A stretch of DNA of 59,806 bases, from IMG/VR virus record IMGVR_UViG_3300045988_166944. The stretch is one strand, 5' to 3'. Made by a program: the position numbers and the translations under genes. Below the pieces are notes generated by a model. It was not told the origin of the DNA and made no database searches. It worked only from the letters and a program-made list of their open reading frames with translations. How positions within the stretch are numbered: the first letter of the stretch is position 1; the number at the start of each line of letters is the position of its first letter. This document shows positions 24,368 through 34,492 of the stretch, piece by piece. This DNA is from a virus.

Positions 24368-25954
24368 TCAAATTTCCTTTACTTGTTGCAGGTTTAACCT
24401 TATCTTCGCCACCGTGGAGGAGACGTGTTCAATTTCAACGTCATCGGAGGCAAGCCTCATTCTTTGCACGAAGCATGCTGAGGTGATGGACTCCTTTGGG
24501 ATAGAGACGGCAATATCTTCCAACACATGGAGTCGTGCAAAATCACCGTATTTTTCAATACGTTCGATGGTGAAAAAATAAGATTTACCGTTTGCTCTAA
24601 TTCGAAAAAACTTTCTGTCCCCAAAGTTTCGCAGCATAGATGTGATTCGATGGTCTTCAACAACAATCGCTTTTGGGACAGGGGTTTGATTGTTGATTGT
24701 TGATTGGATGTCAGCCACAACGGCGAGGTCTTTCGTTTCGGTGGAAACGTAGAAGGATTTAAGCTGACCTTTTCTGCGTTGGATGAACCGTCGCCACCAT
24801 GCAGTTTCCTCACGGCTCTTCGACACAAAGGTTAATTCACGCGATACCAAGGTGGACAAGCCTCGACCAAACCATTCTTTCAAGCCATAACCATAGTCGA
24901 TTACGGTTATGTCAGATTGATGACGTTCCACGATGTCGTCCGCCCAATTCGGACGTTTGGTTAAAACCTCGATGCCGTTTAATTTCTCAAGTCCGACCTC
25001 GGTTTCCTGCAAAGAACCTATACTGTCGGATGCTTTGATAAAATCCGCCGATACCTCCATTAGTGATAGGGCAGATGACGTATTGGTTGATTCTGCGGTC
25101 TGACTGAGACGAATAGCAACGGTTGAATAACAAGTCGTCGTTGTGTGGAATGTCTTCGTCAGCGACTCTTGCAATATTATGTCGTTGTCTTCAATGCGGT
25201 CAATGGTGACAAGCTCGTAGTCAAAAGGATTGTTCCATAGAACCAAAATCGAGTCCTTTTGGACAGTATCGACACCGCGTAAGTCCTGACATTTTAGGCG
25301 ATTGCTTCCCTTAAGACAGGGTTCTCGAAGTTGCATTGGTTGCCACCAGACAGGACACGAGATGGGTCTGCCATGCATAGCATACATAACGTTTCGCATA
25401 GTAGCCAGAAGCGCGTTATGCGGCGTTGCAGTGTATGACGCGGCACGTCTTGGTTGGGTCATGAAGCCCCGCCGCTGTTCGGTCTTGTTATAACTGACTA
25501 TCACATTCGTTTTAAAAGAGAATTTTTCACGCAATGGCTCGTCCCAATTCGGCTCGATATTCCAAATCAAACCACGGACTCCTTTTATTTGAATGGTGAT
25601 GGTCTGACCGTTTTCGAAGCGCAAAATAGCCTGTCCGTTAATTTTCGTTGAACCGTATAGCGAAACGTCCAACAAAATCTTTTTGGTTCGTAGTGGGGCT
25701 AATCTGACGGGCGGTACGCCAGTGGCGGAAGCTACTGAGACACCATCCAAGTCAACCATGTCGATTTTGACGAGCGTTTGCTCGATTAAATGCGAATTGT
25801 ATAGGGGCAATTCAACGGTTTTACTACTTGTGATAAAACCGAGATTCACGACAGGGGTCTCACCTGCGCCAGATATAATGCGGTGATGCCATAAGTCCAT
25901 GCCAGTTCGCATCATAACCGCTTTCGCAGGCGCGTTGTTCACTGTTTGAGCCAT
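24368..25954 (-). CDS. Distal tail protein candidate (528 aa)
   Basis: It sits immediately upstream of the BR0599-like hub gene. No clear motif was recognised. Confidence 0.4.
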   Translation of the reverse strand: MAQTVNNAPAKAVMMRTGMDLWHHRIISGAGETPVVNLGFITSSKTVELPLYNSHLIEQTLVKIDMVDLDGVSVASATGVPPVRLAPLRTKKILLDVSLYGSTKINGQAILRFENGQTITIQIKGVRGLIWNIEPNWDEPLREKFSFKTNVIVSYNKTEQRRGFMTQPRRAASYTATPHNALLATMRNVMYAMHGRPISCPVWWQPMQLREPCLKGSNRLKCQDLRGVDTVQKDSILVLWNNPFDYELVTIDRIEDNDIILQESLTKTFHTTTTCYSTVAIRLSQTAESTNTSSALSLMEVSADFIKASDSIGSLQETEVGLEKLNGIEVLTKRPNWADDIVERHQSDITVIDYGYGLKEWFGRGLSTLVSRELTFVSKSREETAWWRRFIQRRKGQLKSFYVSTETKDLAVVADIQSTINNQTPVPKAIVVEDHRITSMLRNFGDRKFFRIRANGKSYFFTIERIEKYGDFARLHVLEDIAVSIPKESITSACFVQRMRLASDDVEIEHVSSTVAKIRLNLQQVKEI

Positions 25955-25962
25955 GCTACATC

Positions 25963-27057
25963 CTATTTGAATTTAAAACCAATACCTATGCCAGAACTCC
26001 ATAGGTATCTAAACATGCCGTCTCGACTTTTGCTGACAACAGGGAAAATAATCCAATCACCCCTTATCGTTGCAGGTTCAATATCTTCGATAGTCATCGT
26101 ACACATTTCGTTATTGTAAAATACCTCAGCATCCTTCGGCACATGGCGTATATTTGCCGAACCAACTTTGCCTGCAACATCGCTACTCTTATCGACTGAA
26201 AGTTTCAGGTGGTGAGGATTCATCACGCTCCTATGGTTATAGCGTGATGAGCCGTAAATGATGTTGATATGCTGTATGTCGAACATCTCAAGTGGTTCGT
26301 CGCGCAACGGATTGTTGATAGGGCAAGCAAGTCCGTAATACATAACCCTGCTGGGCAGCGCGGCTTCCCTGTCCCAATATCTAAACGGAATTCCGTCATA
26401 CAGGGCTGTACGGGCTTTATTGTATCGGTTGCTGCGCATGATAGACTGTCTGTCGCTAGTTTGCCCCATGTATCTATATGCAGGGGTAATTTTACCCATT
26501 CTATAGGTATTAGCCCCGATATATTCGGTGTCGTCCCGTATATTAGTTCCGTCGGGCATGAATGTTGTATATACAAACTCCCCGCCAATTTCTCCATCAT
26601 CTCCGTCATAGGAATAATGTTTACCGACAATTAAATGGATAAACACCCCTTTCCGTACTTCGGCGGAAAAGGCAACGAAACTCTTTGTCGTTGTGACGTA
26701 CAGATTGACAAGAGGAAATTGATATTTTCCACATCGCGTCGTGGCGGGATAAGTACGCAACATCAACTCGTCTGAGTTGTTATAGAAAAACCGAGAAGGA
26801 ATATCGTCGCGGGAAATTGACACGGTTAGTTGATTTTCGACAAAAGAAGGAGAACCAATCCTTTTCCCGAAGTTGAACCGTTTCCCGTCGATATGTAGGA
26901 CAGAGAACCCAGTGTAATTTTCCTGCGGCTTGGTCTTGGGCAACGTTGCGAGGTTAACTGGGATGCGAAACTTGCCACTTGACAGCAAATATTCTTTGAT
27001 TGCCGTCAAGAAGTCATCCATGTTTTGTATCCGTCCTTCGTGTTTTGTATATGCCAT
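25963..27057 (-). CDS. Tail-module protein (364 aa), possible paralog of 27061-28149
   Basis: It lies downstream of the tape measure gene and has similar size and N-terminal pattern to its neighbour. Confidence 0.45.
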   Translation of the reverse strand: MAYTKHEGRIQNMDDFLTAIKEYLLSSGKFRIPVNLATLPKTKPQENYTGFSVLHIDGKRFNFGKRIGSPSFVENQLTVSISRDDIPSRFFYNNSDELMLRTYPATTRCGKYQFPLVNLYVTTTKSFVAFSAEVRKGVFIHLIVGKHYSYDGDDGEIGGEFVYTTFMPDGTNIRDDTEYIGANTYRMGKITPAYRYMGQTSDRQSIMRSNRYNKARTALYDGIPFRYWDREAALPSRVMYYGLACPINNPLRDEPLEMFDIQHINIIYGSSRYNHRSVMNPHHLKLSVDKSSDVAGKVGSANIRHVPKDAEVFYNNEMCTMTIEDIEPATIRGDWIIFPVVSKSRDGMFRYLWSSGIGIGFKFK

Positions 27058-27060
27058 AAA

Positions 27061-28149
27061 TCACTCCATTAACAAAGCAAACCAGCTATTTGGTTTGTTC
27101 GTCATTGACGGGAAGCATAAGTATCGCTTATTCCCTATATTCAACTCTTTTTCAGCGGTATTCTCCCTACCGCTCACAAAATAAGCACCATGCAGCCAGC
27201 CGACGGTTGTGCCAACGTCTGAATCATTATGAGGGATAACAAAAATTTCGATTGGAGACAGTAGATATTTACCCTCGCGGGTTCTGTCGTATGCTACGTC
27301 CTCTGCGCGGGTATAGGCGTATGGGAATAAAAAACCGCTAGAGTAGGGTTTCCCCGGAATCCATGGTTTCAATTCTTCAAACTCCATATTCATCATCGCT
27401 AGATTGCCATCAGGAGTGTTGCAAAAGCACGAACTACTGTTCCGCGATAAAGCACCGAAACCCTCACCACCCAAAGCACCGAAACTATCTGGGTCGGCGA
27501 GTGGGTCATGCAAACCGCCATAATTGTAATCAATGTTGCTTAGGGGCTTTTCATTATCCTCGGGAACAAGGATTCTGGCGTAGTTATTGTTATGCCCACC
27601 GCCGAGGTACATTGGATACGGATTCTCTAAATCCGTACCAAACTGTAACATGAAACCGCAATACATCGACATATAGTATTCACGAACTTTTACCACGATA
27701 ACGAATCTGCGACCATTTGCAACGAACCAATAAGGCATTGGTTCGTTTCTCAAAGGTATGGCTGTAAACGGAATGAGCAAAGCTAGTTTGGCAAAATGTT
27801 TGGCAATCTCCTTATCAGCCTCGTTAGGTGGCGCATACCATGCGCATAAAGACGATACCTTGGCTGATTCGTTGATGTATAAAGACATTGGAACGACAAT
27901 AGTATCCTCACCATCCAAGCCATGACCGATGAACCGCACTCGACACGCCCATCCATTTACCCCGTCACGGTCAAAATGGTTAACCTCATCGAGAGTGGCA
28001 ATCTTATCCCAAGCACCACTATCTCTAACAGCAGTCCACGCCTGCTTCTCCCGAACCAAATCGGGATTTGATGTTAAAAACTTTTCGAGCTTTGACATCA
28101 AATCCCTTGGGTTGGAAGCTGTTCCTATTTCAACAGCCATTGGTTTCAT
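27061..28149 (-). CDS. Tail-module protein (362 aa)
   Basis: It starts 9 nt after the tape measure stop, with an AAGAAGGA RBS. Confidence 0.45.
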   Translation of the reverse strand: MKPMAVEIGTASNPRDLMSKLEKFLTSNPDLVREKQAWTAVRDSGAWDKIATLDEVNHFDRDGVNGWACRVRFIGHGLDGEDTIVVPMSLYINESAKVSSLCAWYAPPNEADKEIAKHFAKLALLIPFTAIPLRNEPMPYWFVANGRRFVIVVKVREYYMSMYCGFMLQFGTDLENPYPMYLGGGHNNNYARILVPEDNEKPLSNIDYNYGGLHDPLADPDSFGALGGEGFGALSRNSSSCFCNTPDGNLAMMNMEFEELKPWIPGKPYSSGFLFPYAYTRAEDVAYDRTREGKYLLSPIEIFVIPHNDSDVGTTVGWLHGAYFVSGRENTAEKELNIGNKRYLCFPSMTNKPNSWFALLME

Positions 28150-28157
28150 TCCTTCTT

Positions 28158-31100
28158 TTAACCACCAATTCGTCTAACAGCGCGCTGTTCGCGCCCCATT
28201 GCCTTGACAAGGACTTTCCGACCGTTGCTTGAAGACAGAGCCATGTTCATCGCTTCAACTGGGTCGAAAGTATTGATTATCGTCAACTGTTGTGAGTCAG
28301 ACGATGATTGGGAGTTTACGTTGTCTCTGTGTCGAGGGTCGTTTTTAGTGATAACCTCTTCACCCTTCTGTAAAATAGCAGGAACTTCGTTCGGCGCAAG
28401 CCCTGCAATACCTCCGCTATGATAACGCACAGCCCCTTGGAAAACAAGCGGGTTCACACGCTTGCCACCACCCTTGCCGCCCCCAACAATACCACCTGTA
28501 TGGAATAGGCTTGAGAACTGAGAGAAGCTGGATGCGCTTGGTATTTGCGTAGCTGCACCACCAGCACCACCACCGAAGAACGATGCCATGGCTTTTTGAA
28601 TAGCCAAGCTGATAAGCTGTTGGACAATCACTTTAGCCAGTTGTTGTAACGCCTGTGCCGCCCACTGAGCCATAGCCTGACCGAGATTGCCGAACGCTTC
28701 TCGGCTGGACATAGCCCCTGTTGCGATACCCGCCAAACCGCTGGCAAGGCTGTCGAACGCGGTCATTGCTCCGTTGGTCAGAACGCCATATGTGGTGTTC
28801 ATCAACTCAACCTCACCTTTGCTGCGCGTTGTCTCAGTACTAACCTCTTTAACCTTTGTTACCAGATTGGTAAGGTTTGAGTACGCAGCCGTATCGCCGA
28901 ATGCTGACATGACCTGTTGGGCGTGCGACACCAATTCTTGCATTTGCGGGTTGATGTTGTTCAGATAGTTCTGAACAGCCTCTTCCATCTTGGTAATGGA
29001 CTGTTGACCGCTTATGACAAGTTGTTCTTGCAAGGTCTCGAACTCACGTTTCCGTTGGAGGAAATCATCAAGACGTTTGGTCATCGAATCAACCGCCATA
29101 TTAGCCGCCTGACGACGCGGGTTCGTATCGTAGTCGCTCTGACTTGATGCAAGTTGCTCGCGCTGGTTCAGGATTGCCGCTTGCTGCTCAGGGGCTAATT
29201 TTCCGAAGGCATCACTATTGATTATTTCATCGAGCTTCTTAATAGCGTCACTCATGCGTTCGACATAACGCAGTGTGCTTTCAGACATCTTGGTCTGAGC
29301 TTCGTCAATGGTTATAACACCACGCGAAACCGCACTACCGAGGTATTCAGCACTGTTGGCACGTTCATTCTCAATAGCACTGCGTTTCTTCTCAAGCGCG
29401 TCGAGGAAGGCATCGACTTGCTCACTAAGAGCCTTTTGAGCCTGCAACTCGGCATATTTGGCTAATTGCGGTTCAAGCTGCTTAGACCACGCCAAGGCTT
29501 CTTTGCGGTCTACGTTCTTGCTCTGCGCATATTCGAGCGTGAGGACTTCGAGCATCTGTTTGACTTGGTTGTCGGACTCAGGTTTGATGATGTTCTTGAA
29601 GCCGTCGATAATCTCGTTCAACGTAGAACCAGACAGGTCAACGGAAAGCGTTGATGGGTCTCGATTAATCAAACCTTCTACGCCGTTTACACCCATGACC
29701 TTGTACATCTCACGAACTGCTTCACGGGCATTCTCGGTTACTTTTTCAACCAACTGCTCGGCTTTGTCAAACGCGGAGTCGTCATCCTTCTGCTGTTTGG
29801 TTACAGCTTTGTCCTGTTTCCATTTGGCTTCTTGCGCTCTATAAAAATCAAGGACTTTGCTGTCTGCCGCCGTGTTATGACTGACAGAACCAGTCGAACC
29901 AGTAATCGTTACAGAATTGCCGCCGCTGAGACGGACAATCGTCGGTTTATAGTTCGGGTTGCGTGCCATTTCATCCAAGTAAGCACGCGAAGACGCACCT
30001 GTCTTGGCATCAATGCCGTAACGACCCTGCTTGGTATCAGATACCCACTCTTTACCGTTGTGTATAGCGGTGTGACCGTATTGGTGACCTTTGATAGCAC
30101 CCCAGCTAACCACGTCGCCTTTTTGCGGTGTGTAGTTTGCTGAGTAAGGCACTTGCTGCCAACCCTGACCATATTTCAGCAGGTTTTTAGCAGTAAGATT
30201 GCCGTTACCCTTAATATACGGCGCAGCCTGTGAGTCGACAGCAGCAAGCGCACGCTTAACGTAGGTAGCGCATTGACCAGTAAATTCAGCAGCAGCCTTC
30301 TTGGTTGCCAAATCTGCGGCAGCAGCGGCGCGTTTATCTACGGCGTAAGATGACGTTCCATTCGAGCCAGATGAAGAGACACCCTCATACAGGTCGTTAG
30401 ACGCATACTTGGATTTGACTTTTTGACGCTCGCCCAGATACCAGTCCGAGAGTGTGTTGTAGCCTTTCATCGGGTCATCTTTGAGACGACCTTCCCGATA
30501 GTCAATCAACTTCTGAATCATCTTCTCGTAAGACAATTCCTTCTCAAGACGTTTCAGAGCAGCCTCTTCGGCGCGCTGGCGGGCTTGTTCAGCCTTCTCG
30601 CGGGCTTTATTGACCTTCTCGTCAAGAGCTTTGGCTTGTTCGGCTTTCTTGGCAGCATCAGCAGCAGCCTTGTCGGCGGCAGTTAATTGAGTCTTACTGG
30701 TAATCTCGGTGTTCGTCTCGGCGACCTTTTTACGCATCTCATCCAAACGTTTGTTAAGTTTGGACTCAATGCCGTTCTCGTTGACTTCTAGCGACACATC
30801 CATCGCAATTTGGTCTGCATCGGGAAGAGCCGCTTCGATACCCTTGATTTTCTTGACGACATAATCAGCCAAGCCACCCAGATAGAGGAAGGTTGTTTTA
30901 AACGTAACAGTCAGCGCGTCTATAAAACGAGCGACATGACGAACTGCCCCAGCCCAACCGCTCTCGAATTCTTTAGCACTCTTGTTTGACTGTTTAGTCG
31001 TGTCCGTGAAGAAGCCGCCAATCCATTCGGTTGCGTCCGCAACCAACTCAGCTATACCACTGGTTACTGCTGCGATTGTTTCAGAGATGAGGCTGAAGGC

Positions 31101-33689
31101 TTCGGAAATAAGCCACAGGACATCTGACAGCATCTGCATACCAGATGTAGCTTCTTCTGCCTCCCCACCGAGTCGGTTAATGCCTTGCACGATGCCTTCG
31201 ATAACCGCACCGATGACTTCAAATATGATGAATGATTTATACAGACCGATGGCGATTTTCGCAGCTGAACCAAGCACTCCTGTTAAACGGGTAATCGGCG
31301 CGACAAGCGCACCCAATCGACCGCCTGCAACCGCGGTAGCACCGAGGTTCGCGCTAACAGACGGGGCTACTTTCGCAATCAGACCCATCTTTACTGCGAA
31401 GTTCGTGATAGCCACGCCTGCTGCTTTCAGACCGACACCAAACGTGCGCATTGTTGCAGCGAGCGATACGAACATCTGCGCTGCACCGATTGAGAGCAAT
31501 GCGCCGAATACAAACACAAGCTCGTTGGCGTGTTTAACCGCCCAACGCAAAGCGTCAATGGCTACATTTAACGCGGCTGCAATGGTTTGCGCCCATTGCT
31601 TCGCATCGTCGGAACGGAAGAAATCGCGAACCTCGCGCAGCAGAGTGGTGAAATTCTCCATAACACCAGCATCAGCAATGATGCGCATCCAGTCCTTAAA
31701 GGCATTGTTCAGGCGTGCCTGCTCTGCCACGAGGGATTTTTGGGTCTTCTCAATGCTTGAACCGTAGGTCTGCTCAATCAGCGCGGCGACTTTAGGCAAT
31801 ACGTCGGCGGCAAGAACTTTACCATCCTTCATCATGGTCATCAGTTCGGCGTTCGTTACACCCAAAGCTTTGGCAAACAGATTCGTTGCAGCAGGCAGAC
31901 GGTCTGCTAACTGACCCTTCAATTCCTCAGCCTGAACAGTTGTTTTGGACAACATCTGTTCCAACGCTTTGTAGATACCTGACTGGGTTTCGGCATCAGC
32001 ACCCATCAACTGACCGAAGCCAGAGAATTGCTCGAAGATGTATTTGACCGTATTGGAATCGAGTTTGGCTTCCTTACCAGCAACGAACAGCTTCGCCGAG
32101 TCTTGAATAATCGTGCTGAGTTCAAGACCCATGCGTTCGGCGGTGTTGCGGAAATACTTCTCCAGTTCAGCGGCTGTGGTATCCCAGTTATCGGACAACA
32201 CCTCGGCACGAATTTTCAGCGTAACGCCTTCCTGACCGTCTTTAACAACCTTATCCAGAGCCAGATACAAACCGCCGAGCGCGGCACTCAATGCCAATAC
32301 CTTACCGCGTGCTTGTTGTAAGAACACCAAGATACCCTGCTTACCCTTCAACCAACGGTCAAAGGCATCGGCAGAGGATGCTGTTGAACTGGACAGCTTT
32401 TTAATTTGAGCATCCAATGATTTCGACGCAGCGGCACTGCGCGTTGCATTCGCGGCAAGACGCTGTTCGGCTTTACTGAGCTTGTCGACACTAACACCCG
32501 CTTCACCAAGGATACGCGCAGTTTGTTCGACAGCGACTTTATGACGAGCAAAAGCTGCGCCAGATTGATTCAGTTGTGCCACCAGTTGACGTAGCTTGGC
32601 AATTTCTTGCGCAGTTGCGTTACCAGTACCAACTTTGGAATTTAGCTTCACATATTCGGCGCGAGTTGCTTCGTATGCTGCGCGAAGCTTTGCTAATTCA
32701 GCGGACTGTTTACGATAAAGGTCGATGTTACCCGCAACGACTTTAAGCTTTTCCTGCGCCGCGCGAAGTCTGTCCATCGCATCACTCAAGGCTTTTACGT
32801 CAGTAGCTGATTTTCGCATCGCCGTGCCTGCATTTCGCACAGACGCAGTGATGTCAGCCATCGCGTTTTTATGATTACGCGATGGGTTGAGACCGTCGTT
32901 GACCGCTTTTAGGGCGGATGGTTGGTTTTGCGCTGTGCGGGCTTCTGCGATTTGCTGTGCAATCGAAACGCGCTGAGCGTTTATCTGATTGCGTTGGCTC
33001 TGAACATTACGTCGATGCGCGGCTTCGGCGGCGGCTTGCTGTTGCGTCAGTTTCAAGGATTGCTGTTGCAACGCAATCTGCTCTTGCAGTTCTTTGCGTC
33101 GGTCAGCCACACGCGAGGTTATCTCATTCTGGCGTTGCAGCGCAGCCTGCGCATTACGCATGTCGATGATTGTTTGTAACGTACGTTGGTAGGTCTTCGT
33201 CAGTCCTTCCTGCGCACGTTGGATATTGTTCGTCGCCAAGCCGTGCGCTTCCGCCTCAAGACGCTGACGCTCGTAAGCATCGGCTTGCTTCTTGGCGGTC
33301 TCAGCCGCTTTAGCCTGCACGACTCCCAAGCGGGCTAATTTGTCCGCTTGAGCTTTCGTTGGTACACCAAGAGAGCCGATTTTGTCGGCAAGCTCATCAT
33401 AGGCATCGCTTGCATCCTTAGCACGACCCGCGCTTGATGCCACGTTGTCGGCAAGCTTTGACAGTTTACCGAGCATTGTTTGTAGCTCGGTAAGCTTGGT
33501 TGCAGCCGAAGCCAGACCCTTCAGGCTGTTCTCATAAGCCTTAAAGTCGGCTTTACCTTTCGCAGCCGACTTCGCCTGTTCATTCAGGTCTGCTTTGAGA
33601 CCTTTGATGTTTTTACGCACATCATTAATGGTTTTGCCACTGTAATCCTGCGCGCGGATTTCCAGCTCTACTGAGCGATTTTCAGCCAT
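28158..33689 (-). CDS. Tape measure protein with an embedded CHAP/NlpC-like peptidase segment (1843 aa)
   Basis: Long Ala/Gln-rich coiled-coil regions and central hydrophobic segments. It lies after the G/GT chaperones. An internal segment reads FTGQCATYVKRAL ... GDVVSWGAIKGHQYGHTAIH. Confidence 0.9.
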   Translation of the reverse strand: MAENRSVELEIRAQDYSGKTINDVRKNIKGLKADLNEQAKSAAKGKADFKAYENSLKGLASAATKLTELQTMLGKLSKLADNVASSAGRAKDASDAYDELADKIGSLGVPTKAQADKLARLGVVQAKAAETAKKQADAYERQRLEAEAHGLATNNIQRAQEGLTKTYQRTLQTIIDMRNAQAALQRQNEITSRVADRRKELQEQIALQQQSLKLTQQQAAAEAAHRRNVQSQRNQINAQRVSIAQQIAEARTAQNQPSALKAVNDGLNPSRNHKNAMADITASVRNAGTAMRKSATDVKALSDAMDRLRAAQEKLKVVAGNIDLYRKQSAELAKLRAAYEATRAEYVKLNSKVGTGNATAQEIAKLRQLVAQLNQSGAAFARHKVAVEQTARILGEAGVSVDKLSKAEQRLAANATRSAAASKSLDAQIKKLSSSTASSADAFDRWLKGKQGILVFLQQARGKVLALSAALGGLYLALDKVVKDGQEGVTLKIRAEVLSDNWDTTAAELEKYFRNTAERMGLELSTIIQDSAKLFVAGKEAKLDSNTVKYIFEQFSGFGQLMGADAETQSGIYKALEQMLSKTTVQAEELKGQLADRLPAATNLFAKALGVTNAELMTMMKDGKVLAADVLPKVAALIEQTYGSSIEKTQKSLVAEQARLNNAFKDWMRIIADAGVMENFTTLLREVRDFFRSDDAKQWAQTIAAALNVAIDALRWAVKHANELVFVFGALLSIGAAQMFVSLAATMRTFGVGLKAAGVAITNFAVKMGLIAKVAPSVSANLGATAVAGGRLGALVAPITRLTGVLGSAAKIAIGLYKSFIIFEVIGAVIEGIVQGINRLGGEAEEATSGMQMLSDVLWLISEAFSLISETIAAVTSGIAELVADATEWIGGFFTDTTKQSNKSAKEFESGWAGAVRHVARFIDALTVTFKTTFLYLGGLADYVVKKIKGIEAALPDADQIAMDVSLEVNENGIESKLNKRLDEMRKKVAETNTEITSKTQLTAADKAAADAAKKAEQAKALDEKVNKAREKAEQARQRAEEAALKRLEKELSYEKMIQKLIDYREGRLKDDPMKGYNTLSDWYLGERQKVKSKYASNDLYEGVSSSGSNGTSSYAVDKRAAAAADLATKKAAAEFTGQCATYVKRALAAVDSQAAPYIKGNGNLTAKNLLKYGQGWQQVPYSANYTPQKGDVVSWGAIKGHQYGHTAIHNGKEWVSDTKQGRYGIDAKTGASSRAYLDEMARNPNYKPTIVRLSGGNSVTITGSTGSVSHNTAADSKVLDFYRAQEAKWKQDKAVTKQQKDDDSAFDKAEQLVEKVTENAREAVREMYKVMGVNGVEGLINRDPSTLSVDLSGSTLNEIIDGFKNIIKPESDNQVKQMLEVLTLEYAQSKNVDRKEALAWSKQLEPQLAKYAELQAQKALSEQVDAFLDALEKKRSAIENERANSAEYLGSAVSRGVITIDEAQTKMSESTLRYVERMSDAIKKLDEIINSDAFGKLAPEQQAAILNQREQLASSQSDYDTNPRRQAANMAVDSMTKRLDDFLQRKREFETLQEQLVISGQQSITKMEEAVQNYLNNINPQMQELVSHAQQVMSAFGDTAAYSNLTNLVTKVKEVSTETTRSKGEVELMNTTYGVLTNGAMTAFDSLASGLAGIATGAMSSREAFGNLGQAMAQWAAQALQQLAKVIVQQLISLAIQKAMASFFGGGAGGAATQIPSASSFSQFSSLFHTGGIVGGGKGGGKRVNPLVFQGAVRYHSGGIAGLAPNEVPAILQKGEEVITKNDPRHRDNVNSQSSSDSQQLTIINTFDPVEAMNMALSSSNGRKVLVKAMGREQRAVRRIGG

Positions 33690-34421
33690 AATGTCCAGTT
33701 CCTATATGATTCAGCATTTCTTGCAATGCTCTGTTCAAATCTTTCAATGCTTCCTGTTTGATGTCGGTGTTGCTTGCGTCAAAAATCATCTTCGTCAGAG
33801 TCCCATATAGCACGAAATCCTGACGACGGCGTTCACGGATTATTTCCGCCTCATTGCGCAACATTATAAGCGAATAAAGGCGAGCCTGCGAGTGTCCGTT
33901 TGCCAAACAGATACTCACATCTCGCCTTAGACTTAGCATAAAAGACTCGAAGGGATGATACGGGTCTACTCCTCCGAGGTCGCCTTCTCCGCCAGCATTT
34001 TCTGGATTGTTGGTTTGTCCAGTACCGACAGCAGTCTTTTTTTTAGATTGTCAGATTCGTTCATGGTCAGGTCAATGATGGCAATAACAATATCCATCTG
34101 TTTACCAATGCCCATGCGGGTGTCCCAGATTTCGCCAGCGGTGAGTTCTTCATCACCGATGATGTGTTTTTCACCCTTGTCGTTAATTGCCGACAGGAAT
34201 GCAGCACGCGCCAAATCGGGAGCGTATTTGATAATGCTGTTGGCAACATCCATCAAGTCGTCAGAGCCATTGGCTTTTGCCATTACTTCGTCGAATGCTT
34301 CCATCAGACGAACGCCGTTTGTCTGCCATTGGGCAGACAAATCGGCAAAATTTAAACCACGAACGGTCACACCGTGAACTTCCTTTGTCGGGGAAATCAA
34401 ACCCGCGAGATTCATTTTCAT
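33682..34421 (-). CDS. Tail assembly chaperone GT fusion made by a -1 programmed frameshift
   Basis: The -1 frame stays open from the A8 slippery run (34037-34044) through track ORF 33682-33939. That ORF lies in the -1 frame relative to the G gene. Confidence 0.65.
33966..34421 (-). CDS. Tail assembly chaperone G (151 aa)
   Basis: It sits between the major tail and tape measure genes. ATG at 34421 with a GAGG RBS. Confidence 0.65.
   Translation of the reverse strand: MKMNLAGLISPTKEVHGVTVRGLNFADLSAQWQTNGVRLMEAFDEVMAKANGSDDLMDVANSIIKYAPDLARAAFLSAINDKGEKHIIGDEELTAGEIWDTRMGIGKQMDIVIAIIDLTMNESDNLKKRLLSVLDKPTIQKMLAEKATSEE
34037..34044 (-). promoter_or_regulatory. Slippery sequence A AAA AAA (A8) for the -1 frameshift
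   Basis: The minus strand reads CTA AAA AAA AGA in the G frame. Confidence 0.65.
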
Positions 34422-34435
34422 TGGAATTACCTCAT

Positions 34436-34478
34436 AAAAAAAACATGGCAAAGCGGACTATACCACTTCGCCATGTTT
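34436..34478 (-). terminator. Rho-independent terminator after the endonuclease-like gene
   Basis: On the minus strand, a 13-bp stem aaacatggcgaag / ctttgccatgttt (one G-U pair) followed by T8. Confidence 0.8.
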
Positions 34479-34492
34479 CATGCAATAAATGA

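Noticed and set aside
28204-33179. Many ORFs of 60-260 aa antisense to or out of frame with the tape measure gene (for example 30982-31767 on the + strand)
   Set aside because: They lie entirely inside the 1843-aa tape measure ORF. Their Ala/Ser/Arg-rich translations are typical of the reverse frames of an Ala/Gln-rich gene, and they lack start contexts.
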